DNA from: Gemmatimonadales bacterium
GTDB taxonomy: Bacteria > Gemmatimonadota > Gemmatimonadetes > Gemmatimonadales > GWC2-71-9
DNA length: 44,967 nucleotides
Direction of reading: 5' to 3'
Assembly: GCA_043741355.1 (NCBI GenBank)
Contig: JAYUAL010000383.1
Span: forward strand, 1 to 44,967
Below, one piece after another: positions 31,384 to 40,463 of the stretch. Position 1 is the first letter of the stretch, and each line of letters opens with the position of its first letter. The translations under genes and the position numbers were made by a program. The notes below the pieces were generated by a model, which saw nothing but the letters and a program-made list of their open reading frames with translations, did not search any database and had not been told where the DNA came from.

Positions 31384-32268
31384 TCTCACGTCGCGGTACA
31401 AGGCCAAGTACTCCTCCGCCATCCTGCGGTGGGTAAACAACGTCGTCACCCGCGCCCGGCAGGCCTCCGGATCCAGCCGTGCAATGCCCGGCCGAAGCGA
31501 CACCAGCTCGTCCAGTGTGTCACCCAGCAGGCCAGCCTCCAGCGCCACGATTTCCGGTAGCGCGCCGCGCCGGGTTCCGAGCACCGGCGTGCCGCTTACC
31601 ATCGCCTCGATCAGCGTCAGCCCGAAGGGTTCGTCCCAGCGCGCCGGCATCCAGAGGCAGGCCGCGCCGGCCAGCAGCTCACGCTTCCGCTCTCCGCCCA
31701 CCCGCCCCACGGTCCGCACTCCGGGCCGGAGCAGCGTCCTCCAGGTTCCGGCCACCACCAGCCGGCGCCGGGTTCGCCGGGCACCCTCAACCGCCCATTG
31801 TAAGCCTTTGGCGGTGTGATGTCTGCCGAGGAAGAGGTCGTAGCCGTCCTTGCTCGCCCGGAAGCGATAGTCCGCAGGGTCGAGGCCGTTGTAGACGTAG
31901 GCCCCGGCCCCGCTCCGCCGCGCGTGATCCCGGCTCAGGGCAACCATGTGCGGGGGATAGTGCGGCCGAGTGGCGGTGCCGTGAAGCGTCCACAGGGTCG
32001 GAACGCCGGGGACCGAAATGGGGCGGTGGGCGTGGAGCACGTCGACGCCGGGGGGCAGCACGGGCCGCGGATCGAAGTTCACGGCTTCCGCGGCCGCGGG
32101 ATCCACCGGAATGAGGCGGGCCTCCGGCACCCGGGAGCCAGGCCCCGCCAGCAGCACCACTTCATGGCCGAGCTCCGCCAGTCCGCGCGCGAGCCAGACC
32201 ACCACTCGCCCGGTACCGCCGTAGCGCTCGACGGGCAGCCGGCCGTGATAGAGGAGGGCAATTCGCAT
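31363..32268 (-). CDS. Glycosyltransferase family 4 (GT-B fold)
   Basis: ATG at 32268. MRIALLYHG...YGGTGRVVVWLARGLAELGHEVVLLA, ...EPFGLTLIEAMVSGTPVLG. Confidence 0.75.
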   Translation of the reverse strand: MRIALLYHGRLPVERYGGTGRVVVWLARGLAELGHEVVLLAGPGSRVPEARLIPVDPAAAEAVNFDPRPVLPPGVDVLHAHRPISVPGVPTLWTLHGTATRPHYPPHMVALSRDHARRSGAGAYVYNGLDPADYRFRASKDGYDLFLGRHHTAKGLQWAVEGARRTRRRLVVAGTWRTLLRPGVRTVGRVGGERKRELLAGAACLWMPARWDEPFGLTLIEAMVSGTPVLGTRRGALPEIVALEAGLLGDTLDELVSLRPGIARLDPEACRARVTTLFTHRRMAEEYLALYRDVRDGRWGR

Positions 32269-32303
32269 CGGCGGGCAAAGTACCACGGGATTACCTTTCG
32301 CGC

Positions 32304-33254
32304 GTGCCGCCCGTCTACTCCGGCGTCCGCGTCCTGCTCGTTGCGAAGTTCAACCTCCGCTATCATCGCACCGGCATCGCGCTCCGCGACACCCTTCGGG
32401 CCATGGGGTGCGAGGTGGCCTGGGTCGAAGAGCGGACCCGGGGATTGAACGCGCTGCTCCGGCGCTCGCTCCCCCGCCGGCTTGAATCGGCGGTGAGGCT
32501 CCACCGCCCGGACCTGGTGCTGGTGTTCAAAGGAGCCAGGCTCCCGACTGAGGCAATCGACCGCCTTCGCCCGCTCGCCCGGGCCCCCTGGGTCAACTGG
32601 TTTCCCGACAGCCCCCACCAGCTCGACCTCTCGCTCCGGATCGGCCGTGCCTACGATCGCTGCTTCATCTTCGACACCTCCATGGTGGAACGGCACCGGG
32701 TCCTGGGACGCCGTGCCGACTACCTCGCCGAGGGATTCGATCCGGAGTACCATCGCCCGCTGCTCGACCCGAGGCCGCGCGCAAGGATCGCGTTCGTGGG
32801 CACCAAGGAGCCGTACCGGGCCAGGGCGCTCCAGGTGGCGGCCGATCTTGGCTTGACCGTGCGCGGGCCCGGCTGGCCCGGCGGACCGGTCTATGGAGAC
32901 GATTTCGTCCGGGCATTCTCCAACGCCGACATCGGGCTCAACATTCATCAGTTTTTCGGCGAGCCCGCCGACGCGGGGCGCTACGGCACCGGGGCCAACC
33001 GCCGGGTGTTCGAGCTGGCCGGCATCGGCACGGCGCAACTCTGCGACGCCAAGGCGGACATCGCGAGGAATTTCGTGGAAGGTTCTGAGATTGTGCTCTT
33101 CCGCGGCCCGTCGGAGCTTCGGGCTCGGGCCATCGAGTTACTGGAGTCCCCGGCGGAGCGGGTGGTCATCGCCGAGCGGGCCCGCGCTCGCGCGCTCCGG
33201 GAGCACACCTGGCGCCACCGCCTCGATGAGCTGCTCACGGTGTCCCTCCGATGA
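32304..33254 (+). CDS. CgeB-like / DUF3880-type glycosyltransferase-family protein (paralog of 30370..31344)
   Basis: GTG start. VNWFPDSP..., IAFVGT... and NRRVFELAGIGTAQLCD align with the first copy. Confidence 0.6.
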   Translation: MPPVYSGVRVLLVAKFNLRYHRTGIALRDTLRAMGCEVAWVEERTRGLNALLRRSLPRRLESAVRLHRPDLVLVFKGARLPTEAIDRLRPLARAPWVNWFPDSPHQLDLSLRIGRAYDRCFIFDTSMVERHRVLGRRADYLAEGFDPEYHRPLLDPRPRARIAFVGTKEPYRARALQVAADLGLTVRGPGWPGGPVYGDDFVRAFSNADIGLNIHQFFGEPADAGRYGTGANRRVFELAGIGTAQLCDAKADIARNFVEGSEIVLFRGPSELRARAIELLESPAERVVIAERARARALREHTWRHRLDELLTVSLR

Positions 33255-34117
33255 AGATTTCCGGGTTCACCATCGTGCGGAACGCCGAGCGGCTGGATTT
33301 TCCGGTCGAGGCGAGTATCCGCTCGATTCTTCCGATCGTCGACGAAATGGTGGTGAATGTCGGGCGGTCCGAGGACCGGACCCTGGACCTCGTCCGGGCC
33401 ATCGCCGATCCCCGGATCCGGATCGTGGAAACCGAGTGGGATTTCAGCCGCGGCGAGTCGGTGCTGCGGGAGGAGACGCTCCGTGCGATGCGGGCATGCC
33501 GTCACCCCTGGGGTGTCTGCATCCAGGCCGACGAGGTGCTCCACGAGTCCGGGGCGCCCCGCTTGGTCGAAGCCATCGAAGCCGCCGACCTGGATTTTCG
33601 GGTCGAGGGGCTGCTGGTGCGGTATCATCACATTTTCGGCGATCCGGGGACCGAAGCGGTAAACCGCAGGTGGTACCGCCGCGAGGTCCGTGCGGTGCGG
33701 CTCGATCCGGTGCTGGGCCTGGCTCCGTACCGCGACGCGCAGGGATTCCGGGTCGGGCCTGAGCAGCGGAAGGTCCGCGCGCGGGTGGCGGATTCCGACA
33801 TGTTTCACTACGGCTGGTTGCGCTCCGCGGCGGCGCTGCGCGCTCGCGGGGAGGTGGACCGGAGCCTCTACCCCGGCCGCTGGGTTCCCCCCAGCGACCA
33901 GGCCGCGGTGCTCCGGTGGTTTCCCGGCCTTCGGCCTTTTCACGGCAGCCATCCGCTGGTGGCGCAGGAATGGGTCGCGGCCCACGCCAGGGACCCCGAG
34001 CGCGTGGTGACACCGCCATTCTTCCACATCGAGCAGCTGAGATTCTATGCGTCGGACCTGGTAGAACGGGTCACCGGCACCCGGCCGTTCGAGTTCCGCA
34101 ACTACACCCTGGTGTAG
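33251..34117 (+). CDS. Glycosyltransferase (GT2-like, GT-A fold) family protein
   Basis: ATGA overlap with the upstream stop. MKISGFTIVRNAERLDFPVEASIRSILPIVDEMVVNVGRSEDRT resembles proteins commonly annotated as family 2 glycosyltransferases. Confidence 0.55.
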   Translation: MKISGFTIVRNAERLDFPVEASIRSILPIVDEMVVNVGRSEDRTLDLVRAIADPRIRIVETEWDFSRGESVLREETLRAMRACRHPWGVCIQADEVLHESGAPRLVEAIEAADLDFRVEGLLVRYHHIFGDPGTEAVNRRWYRREVRAVRLDPVLGLAPYRDAQGFRVGPEQRKVRARVADSDMFHYGWLRSAAALRARGEVDRSLYPGRWVPPSDQAAVLRWFPGLRPFHGSHPLVAQEWVAAHARDPERVVTPPFFHIEQLRFYASDLVERVTGTRPFEFRNYTLV

Positions 34118-34118
34118 C

Positions 34119-35135
34119 ATGGACGACATTCGCTGGTTTGCCCCCAACCACTACTGCGCGCTTCCGGTGCCCACGCTCCGGGAATCCGGCCTGAGGATCG
34201 CCCTGAACCACGACGCGCCGGCCGGCGTGGCCGTTGCCGCCGACGGGCAATGTGCCGTCGAGGCATTTGAATACGCCGAGCGGCACCGGTGTCCGCTCGT
34301 GTTGTACCTCTGGGATCTTCCCCCCTGGCGACTGGGACGGGGGCATCCCGACTATGTGTTCCTGTTGCGGGGTCGCGTCCGGCGGCTTCCGCGGCCGGGG
34401 GACCGCTACCCGGAGCGCGCCGGTTACTACAGCCGCCTCCGCTTCGTCGCCCGGCGGGCGGAGGAGGTCTGGTGCCCGTCGGAGAACACGGTGCGGGACG
34501 TACAGGGGCGCTGTCGCGTGAGGGCGGAGCGGGTGCCGTTCTGCTACGACTCCAGCCGGTTCCGCGACGTTACCAGCCACCGGTCCCCGGGAACCCGGTC
34601 CCTGGTCTCCTTGCTCTCGGTGTCGCGCCTCGTGCCACACAAGAATCACGCGGTCATTCTCCGCGCCGCCGCACGGCTCGATCCTCGGCCCGAGGTCACC
34701 TTGGTCGGCCAGGGGCCCGAGGCGGCAGCGCTCCGCGGGCTTGCCCGGGAGCTTGGGGTGACGCTCCATCTCACCGACACCTGGGCCTCGGACGACGAAG
34801 TCGTCGCAGCGTACCGCGCCGCGAGCGTCGTGGTCTGCCCCAGCCGATTCGAGGGGTTCGGCCTCACGCCCCTGGAAGGGCTGGCGATGGGCGTGCCGGT
34901 CGTCGCCTCGGACATCCCGGCGCATCGCGAGTTGGTGAGCGGTGCGGTGCACTTCTTCCCACCCGAAAACGACAAGGAGCTGGCCGGCGCGCTGACCGAA
35001 GCGATCGCGCCGGCGGGCGGCCAACCGTCCCGGTCCGGAACCTCCCAGCCGGCCGTGCTCTCCAGCCTGACCATCGAGGCCTGCGCGGCGCGATTCCTCC
35101 CCGGCCTCACGCGGTTGCTGGAGGCGAGGCGGTGA
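34119..35135 (+). CDS. Glycosyltransferase family 4
   Basis: VSRLVPHKNH..., and PSRFEGFGLTPLEGLAMGVPVVASDIPAHREL (EX7E-type motif). Confidence 0.75.
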   Translation: MDDIRWFAPNHYCALPVPTLRESGLRIALNHDAPAGVAVAADGQCAVEAFEYAERHRCPLVLYLWDLPPWRLGRGHPDYVFLLRGRVRRLPRPGDRYPERAGYYSRLRFVARRAEEVWCPSENTVRDVQGRCRVRAERVPFCYDSSRFRDVTSHRSPGTRSLVSLLSVSRLVPHKNHAVILRAAARLDPRPEVTLVGQGPEAAALRGLARELGVTLHLTDTWASDDEVVAAYRAASVVVCPSRFEGFGLTPLEGLAMGVPVVASDIPAHRELVSGAVHFFPPENDKELAGALTEAIAPAGGQPSRSGTSQPAVLSSLTIEACAARFLPGLTRLLEARR

Positions 35136-36319
35136 CCGCCGGGCCCGACCTCCTTCTCACTTTCGACTTCCCGCCCCTGGGCGGCGGGATCGCGCGCTGG
35201 ATGGCCGAGCTGGCTCTCGGATATCCGCCCGGCGGCCTGATCGTCTCCACCGGTTCTGCCCCCGGCGCGGCCGAGTCGGACGCCCGCTTCCCCAACCGGA
35301 TCGACCGCCTCGCGGTGCCGGCTACGCGGCTCAAGACGCTGCGCGGCCTCGTTCTCTGGAGCCGGCGGGTCACCGCGCTGACGGCGGAGCACTCGGTGCC
35401 GTTCATCTGGTGCGGCAACATCCGGCCGGCCGCCTATCCGGCGAAGTGGGCCCGCGACCGGAGCGGAATTCCCTACGGGGTCATGGTATACGGCGGCGAT
35501 CTTCTCGCGCTCCGGCACAACTATCAGGAATCCCGCTTCAAGCGCCTGGCCGCGAAAAGCCTGCTGGGAACCGCGGAGGTGCTGGTCGCCATCAGCCGCT
35601 TTACCCACGACCTGGCCTGCGACGTCCTGCGGGAGCTGGGCCTGCCTGAGCGCACCGGTCGGGTGCGGGTGGTTCCGCTCGGCACCGACCCCGGAGTTTT
35701 CCGGCCCGGCCTCGACCCGGTGCCGCTCGCCGAGCGTTACGGGTTGCCGGCGGGACGATGGCTGCTGACGGTGGCGCGACTGGTGCCGCACAAGGGGATC
35801 GATACGACCATCAAGGCGCTGGCGCTGCTCGCGCCCCGCCACCCCGACCTCCGCTACGCCATCGTCGGCCAGGGCGCCTACCGGCCCGCGCTGGAGTCGC
35901 TGGCCCGTGAACATGGCGTGGGGGATCGGGTGCACTTCCTGGCGGACATGAGCGATGTCGATCTCCCGCTGGCCTACGCGATGGCCGAGGTCTATGTGGG
36001 GGTGTCGCGGCTCACGGCCCGTGATGTGGAAGGATTCGGCATCGCGTTGCTCGAGGCCTCGGCCAGCGGCAAACCGGTCGTGGCGGGGCGTAGCGGCGGG
36101 ATGCCGGATGCCGTGCGGGAGGGTGAAACCGGACTGCTGGTCGATCCGGAGGACGCCGAAAGCGTGGCCCGCACCATTGAGGCCCTGCTGGAGGACCCCG
36201 CGCGCGGCAGGGCTCTTGGCGCGGCCGGGCGCCGCGCGGTCGAATCCTTCTACAACTGGCCCCGGGTGGTGGCCGATCTCCGCGCCATCAGCGCTACGGC
36301 CAGGTCTGCTCGGCCCTGA
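35132..36319 (+). CDS. Glycosyltransferase family 4
   Basis: GTG at 35132 forms a GTGA overlap with the upstream stop (track ORF 34289..36319 over-extends). VARLVPHKGID..., and EGFGIALLEASASGKPVVAGRSGGMPDAV. Confidence 0.8.
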   Translation: MTAGPDLLLTFDFPPLGGGIARWMAELALGYPPGGLIVSTGSAPGAAESDARFPNRIDRLAVPATRLKTLRGLVLWSRRVTALTAEHSVPFIWCGNIRPAAYPAKWARDRSGIPYGVMVYGGDLLALRHNYQESRFKRLAAKSLLGTAEVLVAISRFTHDLACDVLRELGLPERTGRVRVVPLGTDPGVFRPGLDPVPLAERYGLPAGRWLLTVARLVPHKGIDTTIKALALLAPRHPDLRYAIVGQGAYRPALESLAREHGVGDRVHFLADMSDVDLPLAYAMAEVYVGVSRLTARDVEGFGIALLEASASGKPVVAGRSGGMPDAVREGETGLLVDPEDAESVARTIEALLEDPARGRALGAAGRRAVESFYNWPRVVADLRAISATARSARP

Positions 36320-37358
36320 TCGCATGGGTGGGACAGGCGGTGAGAAGGTAGTCTCCCAGCGGAGACCACCATTGCTTTTCCTCCTTCGCTACTGCCAGCC
36401 CGTCGAATCCCATCTCGAAGACCTCCGGGGCCCGCGCCACGCAGGCCCCGCAGCCGACGCAAAGCGTGCGATCCACTTTGACGCTGACCTCGCGCTGGGG
36501 ATGGATGCCGGGTGGCAGATCCTCGAGGCCGTGGGGCAGGCGGTCGAGCGCCTCATTCATGGCCCGGTAGCCCTCCTCGAGCAGGAACGGCGTCCGGTTG
36601 AACGCGAACATCGACACCCGTTCCACCCGGGGCCGCACCAGCACGACCGGGGGCTCCGACCAATCGTTGAGGTGCTCGGCCGCCAGCGTCTGCATTACGA
36701 TCTCGAGACCCCGGCTGTACGTGGCCACGAATCCCTTCCGCTCCACGCCCTTGCGTTCCACCCGCGTGCCGCCCACGTCTACCGCGATGATGGGCACGCG
36801 CGAAATGGCGAGGGCGGCCCGAACCGGGAGGTTCTCGAGCACCGCGCCGTCGATGCAGTAGCGGCCGAGGATGGCGCGGGGCGGCAGGATGCCGGGGAGT
36901 GCGCAGGAGGCGAACACCGCATCGGCCACCCGGGCGTCCCGGAGGCCGGGCAGGCCCCAGAGCACCTGCTGCCCGGTGTTGAGGTCCACCGTGTTCACTA
37001 CCAGCCGGCGGGTGAGTTCCGTAAACGTGATGTCACCCACCAGGGAGCGGATCAGGTGGTCGAGCGGCTCGCGGCGGTAAATCGCGGGGGCGAGCATGCG
37101 CTTGAGCGCCATGTCGATATGGGCGATCCGGAACACGTCGGTCCGAACCACTTTGAGCGCCCGCTCCTCCATGACCGGCACCGGAATCCGGCAGGCCCAC
37201 GCCGCTGCCACCAGGGCGCCCATGCTGCAGCCGATTACCGCCTGGGGCGTGAGTCCCCGTTCCTCCAGGGCCCGGAGGACGCCGATATGGCTCAGGCCCT
37301 TGAGCCCGCCGCCGCCGAGCACCAGGTTGAACTGGGGAGAAGCCACCATGGAGAGCAT
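36294..37358 (-). CDS. Patatin-like phospholipase fused to a C-terminal single-cluster ferredoxin domain
   Basis: LVLGGGGLKGLSHIG (oxyanion hole), GCSMGA (GXSXG) and IDGAVLENLP (catalytic Asp). The C-terminus CVGCGACVARAPEVF...ACPTHAI is a CxxCxxC...CP iron-sulfur motif. ATG at 37358, or alternatively 37349. Confidence 0.8.
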   Translation of the reverse strand: MLSMVASPQFNLVLGGGGLKGLSHIGVLRALEERGLTPQAVIGCSMGALVAAAWACRIPVPVMEERALKVVRTDVFRIAHIDMALKRMLAPAIYRREPLDHLIRSLVGDITFTELTRRLVVNTVDLNTGQQVLWGLPGLRDARVADAVFASCALPGILPPRAILGRYCIDGAVLENLPVRAALAISRVPIIAVDVGGTRVERKGVERKGFVATYSRGLEIVMQTLAAEHLNDWSEPPVVLVRPRVERVSMFAFNRTPFLLEEGYRAMNEALDRLPHGLEDLPPGIHPQREVSVKVDRTLCVGCGACVARAPEVFEMGFDGLAVAKEEKQWWSPLGDYLLTACPTHAIRAEQTWP

Positions 37359-37367
37359 ATTACCAGC

Positions 37368-38543
37368 ATGACCCCGGTCTCCGCCGCCGTCGGCTCCGGT
37401 TACGATGTTCGCGCGCTCCGGGAATCGGAATTCCCCGGCGCCGACCACCAGATATACCTGAACCACGCGTCGACCGGTCCGCTGCCCGAGCGGACCCGTC
37501 GCGGCCTCGATGAGTTCATGGCAAACCGGGTCTTACCCTTCGGTCATTCCGATGAGCGGCTTCAGGGCATCCTGGCCGACGGGCGCCGCTGCGCGGCCCG
37601 TCTGATCAACGCCGACATATGCGAGATCGCCCTCGCCACCAACACCAGCTTCGGCCTGAATCTGGCGGCGCGCATGCTGCCCTTCGAGCCGGGAGACATC
37701 GTGTTGGTGAGCGAGGCGGAGTTCCCCGCCAACGTCTTCCCGTGGCGGCAGCTCTCGGATCGGTCTGTCGGCATGGAGCTGGTACCGGTCACCCCGCAAG
37801 GCTGGCCCGACGAAGCGCGGATCAAGGAACGGATGCAGGATCGGAAGGTGCGTGCCCTGGCGATCTCCCACGTACAATTCCACAACGGTTACACCGCCGA
37901 TCTCGACCGCCTGAGCGAGGCCGCCCGCGACAGCGGAACCTGGCTGGTGGTAGACGCCATCCAGGCGCTCGGCCAGCTGCCCTTCGACGTCCGGAAAACC
38001 CCGGTGGATATCCTGGCCTGCGGCGCGCAGAAGTGGCTGCTGTCGCCCTGGGGCTCGGGGTTCGTATATGTGCGACGCGAGCTGGTGCCGGAGCTGGTGT
38101 CGCCCTTCGCGGGATGGAGCGCGTTCGAGGGGACCGCGAACTACGCCACGCTGGGCGACTACAGCGGCGCGCTCCGCAACGATGCGCGCCGCTTCGAGCT
38201 GATCACGCTCCCCTTTCAGGATATCCTGGGGATGAACCACGCCCTCGACCTCCTCGACGAGCTCGGCGTGGCGCGGATCGCCCGCCACCTCGAAGCCATC
38301 GGCCGGCCAGTGCTGGAGTGGGCTGACCGCCGGGGCGTGGGGGTGGTCTCGCCGAGGGGGCCCAGGAGCTCCGGCATGGTCTGCCTCTCCGCGGCTGACC
38401 TGCCGGAGGGCCTGGCGACGCTCAAGTCGGCGGGCGTGGCCACCTCGGTTCGCGAGGGCGCGCTCCGGCTGGCGCCCCACTGCTACAACACCATCGAGGA
38501 GATGAGCCGCGTGGCCGATCTGCTCGACCGATCCTCCTTCTGA
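37368..38543 (+). CDS. Class V aminotransferase-fold PLP-dependent enzyme (cysteine desulfurase/SelA-like family)
   Basis: ATG at 37368 inside track ORF 35955..38543. IYLNHASTGPLP, ...VDAIQALG..., and ACGAQKWLLSPWGSGFVY (candidate PLP lysine). Confidence 0.8.
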   Translation: MTPVSAAVGSGYDVRALRESEFPGADHQIYLNHASTGPLPERTRRGLDEFMANRVLPFGHSDERLQGILADGRRCAARLINADICEIALATNTSFGLNLAARMLPFEPGDIVLVSEAEFPANVFPWRQLSDRSVGMELVPVTPQGWPDEARIKERMQDRKVRALAISHVQFHNGYTADLDRLSEAARDSGTWLVVDAIQALGQLPFDVRKTPVDILACGAQKWLLSPWGSGFVYVRRELVPELVSPFAGWSAFEGTANYATLGDYSGALRNDARRFELITLPFQDILGMNHALDLLDELGVARIARHLEAIGRPVLEWADRRGVGVVSPRGPRSSGMVCLSAADLPEGLATLKSAGVATSVREGALRLAPHCYNTIEEMSRVADLLDRSSF

Positions 38544-38552
38544 AAGGAGCCC

Positions 38553-40106
38553 ATGCCTACACTGAAAGACACGCTTGCATCCGGGTACGCCTTTGCCGCG
38601 CCGGTCGTCACGCTGGGCGGGGCGATCGACGGGTCGACCGTGGTGCAGGAACCCAAGGTCGCGATTCCCACTGCCATGCTGAACCGGCACGGGCTGGTGG
38701 CCGGGGCCACGGGCACCGGAAAAACCAAGACTCTTCAGCTCATGACCGAGCAGTTGTCGGCGCAGGGGGTGCCGGTGTTTGTGGCCGACGTCAAGGGGGA
38801 CGTGTCCGGACTGGCCGCGCCGGGAGTGCGGAGCCCCGGCGTCGACGAGCGGGCCACCGCGATCGGCTCGGCCTGGGCTCCGACCGCATTTCCGATCGAA
38901 TTCGTGAGCCTTACCGGGAAGACCGGCGCGCAGCTCCGGGCCACGGTCGCGAGCTTCGGTCCGCTGCTGCTCAGCAAAGTGCTCGGACTCAACGAGACCC
39001 AGACCAGCGTGCTCACGCTGGTGTTTCGGATTTGCGACGACCAGCGGCTGCCGCTGCTCGACTTCGCCGACCTTCGGGCGGTGCTGAAATTTCTCTCCGG
39101 CCCTGAGGGCAAGCCGCTGCTGGCCGAAATGGGGGGGATGTCGGCGGCCACGGTCGGTGTGCTGCTGCGCCAGATCGTCGAGCTCGAATCGCAGGGTGCG
39201 GCGCAGTTCTTCGGCGAGCCTGAATTCGACGTGCGGGACCTGCTTCACACCACCTCCGACGGAAGAGGCGTGATCACGGCCCTCGAGCTCTCCGATGCAC
39301 AGGACAAGCCCGCGCTCTACTCCACGTTCATGATGTGGATGCTGGCCGAGCTGTACCAGACCCTTCCCGAGGCCGGCGATCTTCCGAAGCCCAAGCTGGT
39401 GTTCTTTTTCGACGAAGCGCACCTGTTGTTCCGGGACGCCTCCAAGGCCTTCCTCGACCATGTGGAGCAGGTGGTCCGACTGATACGTTCCAAGGGAATC
39501 GGGATCTTCTTCGTCACCCAGACGCCCAAGGACGTGCCGGACGACATCCTTGCCCAGCTCGGCAACCGGGTGCAGCACGCGCTCCGCGCCCATACTCCCG
39601 ACGACGAGAAGAACCTGAGGGCCACGGTGCGGACCTACCCGAAGACGGAGCTATACGACCTGGCGGAGACGCTCACCTCGCTCGGGATCGGGGAGGCGAT
39701 CGTCACTGGCCTGAGCCCCAAGGGCGTGCCCACCCCGGTGATTGCTACCCGGCTGCTGCCTCCCCAGTCGCGCATGGGGCCGCTGACGGCTGAGGAGTTC
39801 CAGAAGGAGTTTGCCGAGTCGGACCTGATGCGGGAGTATGGCAACCCGGTCAACCGGGACAGCGCCTGCGAGATGCTCGCCAAGCGGCTGGAGCAGGCGG
39901 GTCCCCCGCCGGCGCCACCGGAAACGCCGAGGCGGCCGGCGGAGCCCGCGCCCCCGAGCCGGAGCGCGGGAAAGGGGGCCATCGGAACGCTGGCCGCCGC
40001 GCTCACCAGCAGCACGGCGCGGACCGTCGGGAGGGAGCTGGTTCGCGGGATTTTCGGAATGCTGGCCGGAAAGCCGGCCCGGAAGACCACCCGGTCGCGC
40101 TGGTAG
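38553..40106 (+). CDS. DUF853-family (YjgR-like, HerA-like) P-loop ATPase
   Basis: AAGGAG Shine-Dalgarno 5 nt upstream. RHGLVAGATGTGKTKTLQ, VFVADVKGD and LVFFFDEAHLLF (Walker B). Basic C-terminal tail. Confidence 0.8.
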   Translation: MPTLKDTLASGYAFAAPVVTLGGAIDGSTVVQEPKVAIPTAMLNRHGLVAGATGTGKTKTLQLMTEQLSAQGVPVFVADVKGDVSGLAAPGVRSPGVDERATAIGSAWAPTAFPIEFVSLTGKTGAQLRATVASFGPLLLSKVLGLNETQTSVLTLVFRICDDQRLPLLDFADLRAVLKFLSGPEGKPLLAEMGGMSAATVGVLLRQIVELESQGAAQFFGEPEFDVRDLLHTTSDGRGVITALELSDAQDKPALYSTFMMWMLAELYQTLPEAGDLPKPKLVFFFDEAHLLFRDASKAFLDHVEQVVRLIRSKGIGIFFVTQTPKDVPDDILAQLGNRVQHALRAHTPDDEKNLRATVRTYPKTELYDLAETLTSLGIGEAIVTGLSPKGVPTPVIATRLLPPQSRMGPLTAEEFQKEFAESDLMREYGNPVNRDSACEMLAKRLEQAGPPPAPPETPRRPAEPAPPSRSAGKGAIGTLAAALTSSTARTVGRELVRGIFGMLAGKPARKTTRSRW

Positions 40107-40109
40107 CCG

Positions 40110-40433
40110 TCACTTCTTGGTGACGGCCTCCTCGCGCAGCACCTTCTTCGCAAACCAGAAGACGATGAACGCCACCAGGAGGAAATCGATCAGGGCGCCG
40201 ACCACCTGACCGGTGCCGAACTGGAAGAGCGGCTGTTCCGGCGTGCCGCCGACCTTGAGCACCGCCTTCCGCCAGTCTTCGCCCGCGGCGCCCAGCAGCG
40301 GCGCCAGCAGCGGCATCAGGATTCCTTCCACGAACGCGGTCACCACCGCGTTCAGTTTTCCGCCGATCACCACGGCGATGGCCAGGCCAATGACTCCATA
40401 CTGCTTCAGGAACGCCATGAATTCCTTGAGCAT
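40110..40433 (-). CDS. mscL: Large-conductance mechanosensitive channel
   Basis: MLKEFMAFLKQYGVIGLAIAVVIGGKLNAVVTAFVEGILMPLL. 107 aa. GGAGGA Shine-Dalgarno upstream. Confidence 0.9.
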   Translation of the reverse strand: MLKEFMAFLKQYGVIGLAIAVVIGGKLNAVVTAFVEGILMPLLAPLLGAAGEDWRKAVLKVGGTPEQPLFQFGTGQVVGALIDFLLVAFIVFWFAKKVLREEAVTKK

Positions 40434-40463
40434 GGCACGATCCTCCGTAGGTAGTTGGGACGG

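Noticed and set aside
36294-40106. Patatin phospholipase plus HerA-like (DUF853) ATPase as a possible anti-phage defence island.
   Set aside because: The two genes are divergent or separated by a class V aminotransferase. The ATPase matches the housekeeping YjgR/DUF853 type rather than defence-associated HerA partners. There are no nucleases, Sir2/TIR, cyclases, methylases or mobility genes nearby, and composition is the same as the flanks. I have no sequence support for a defence role.
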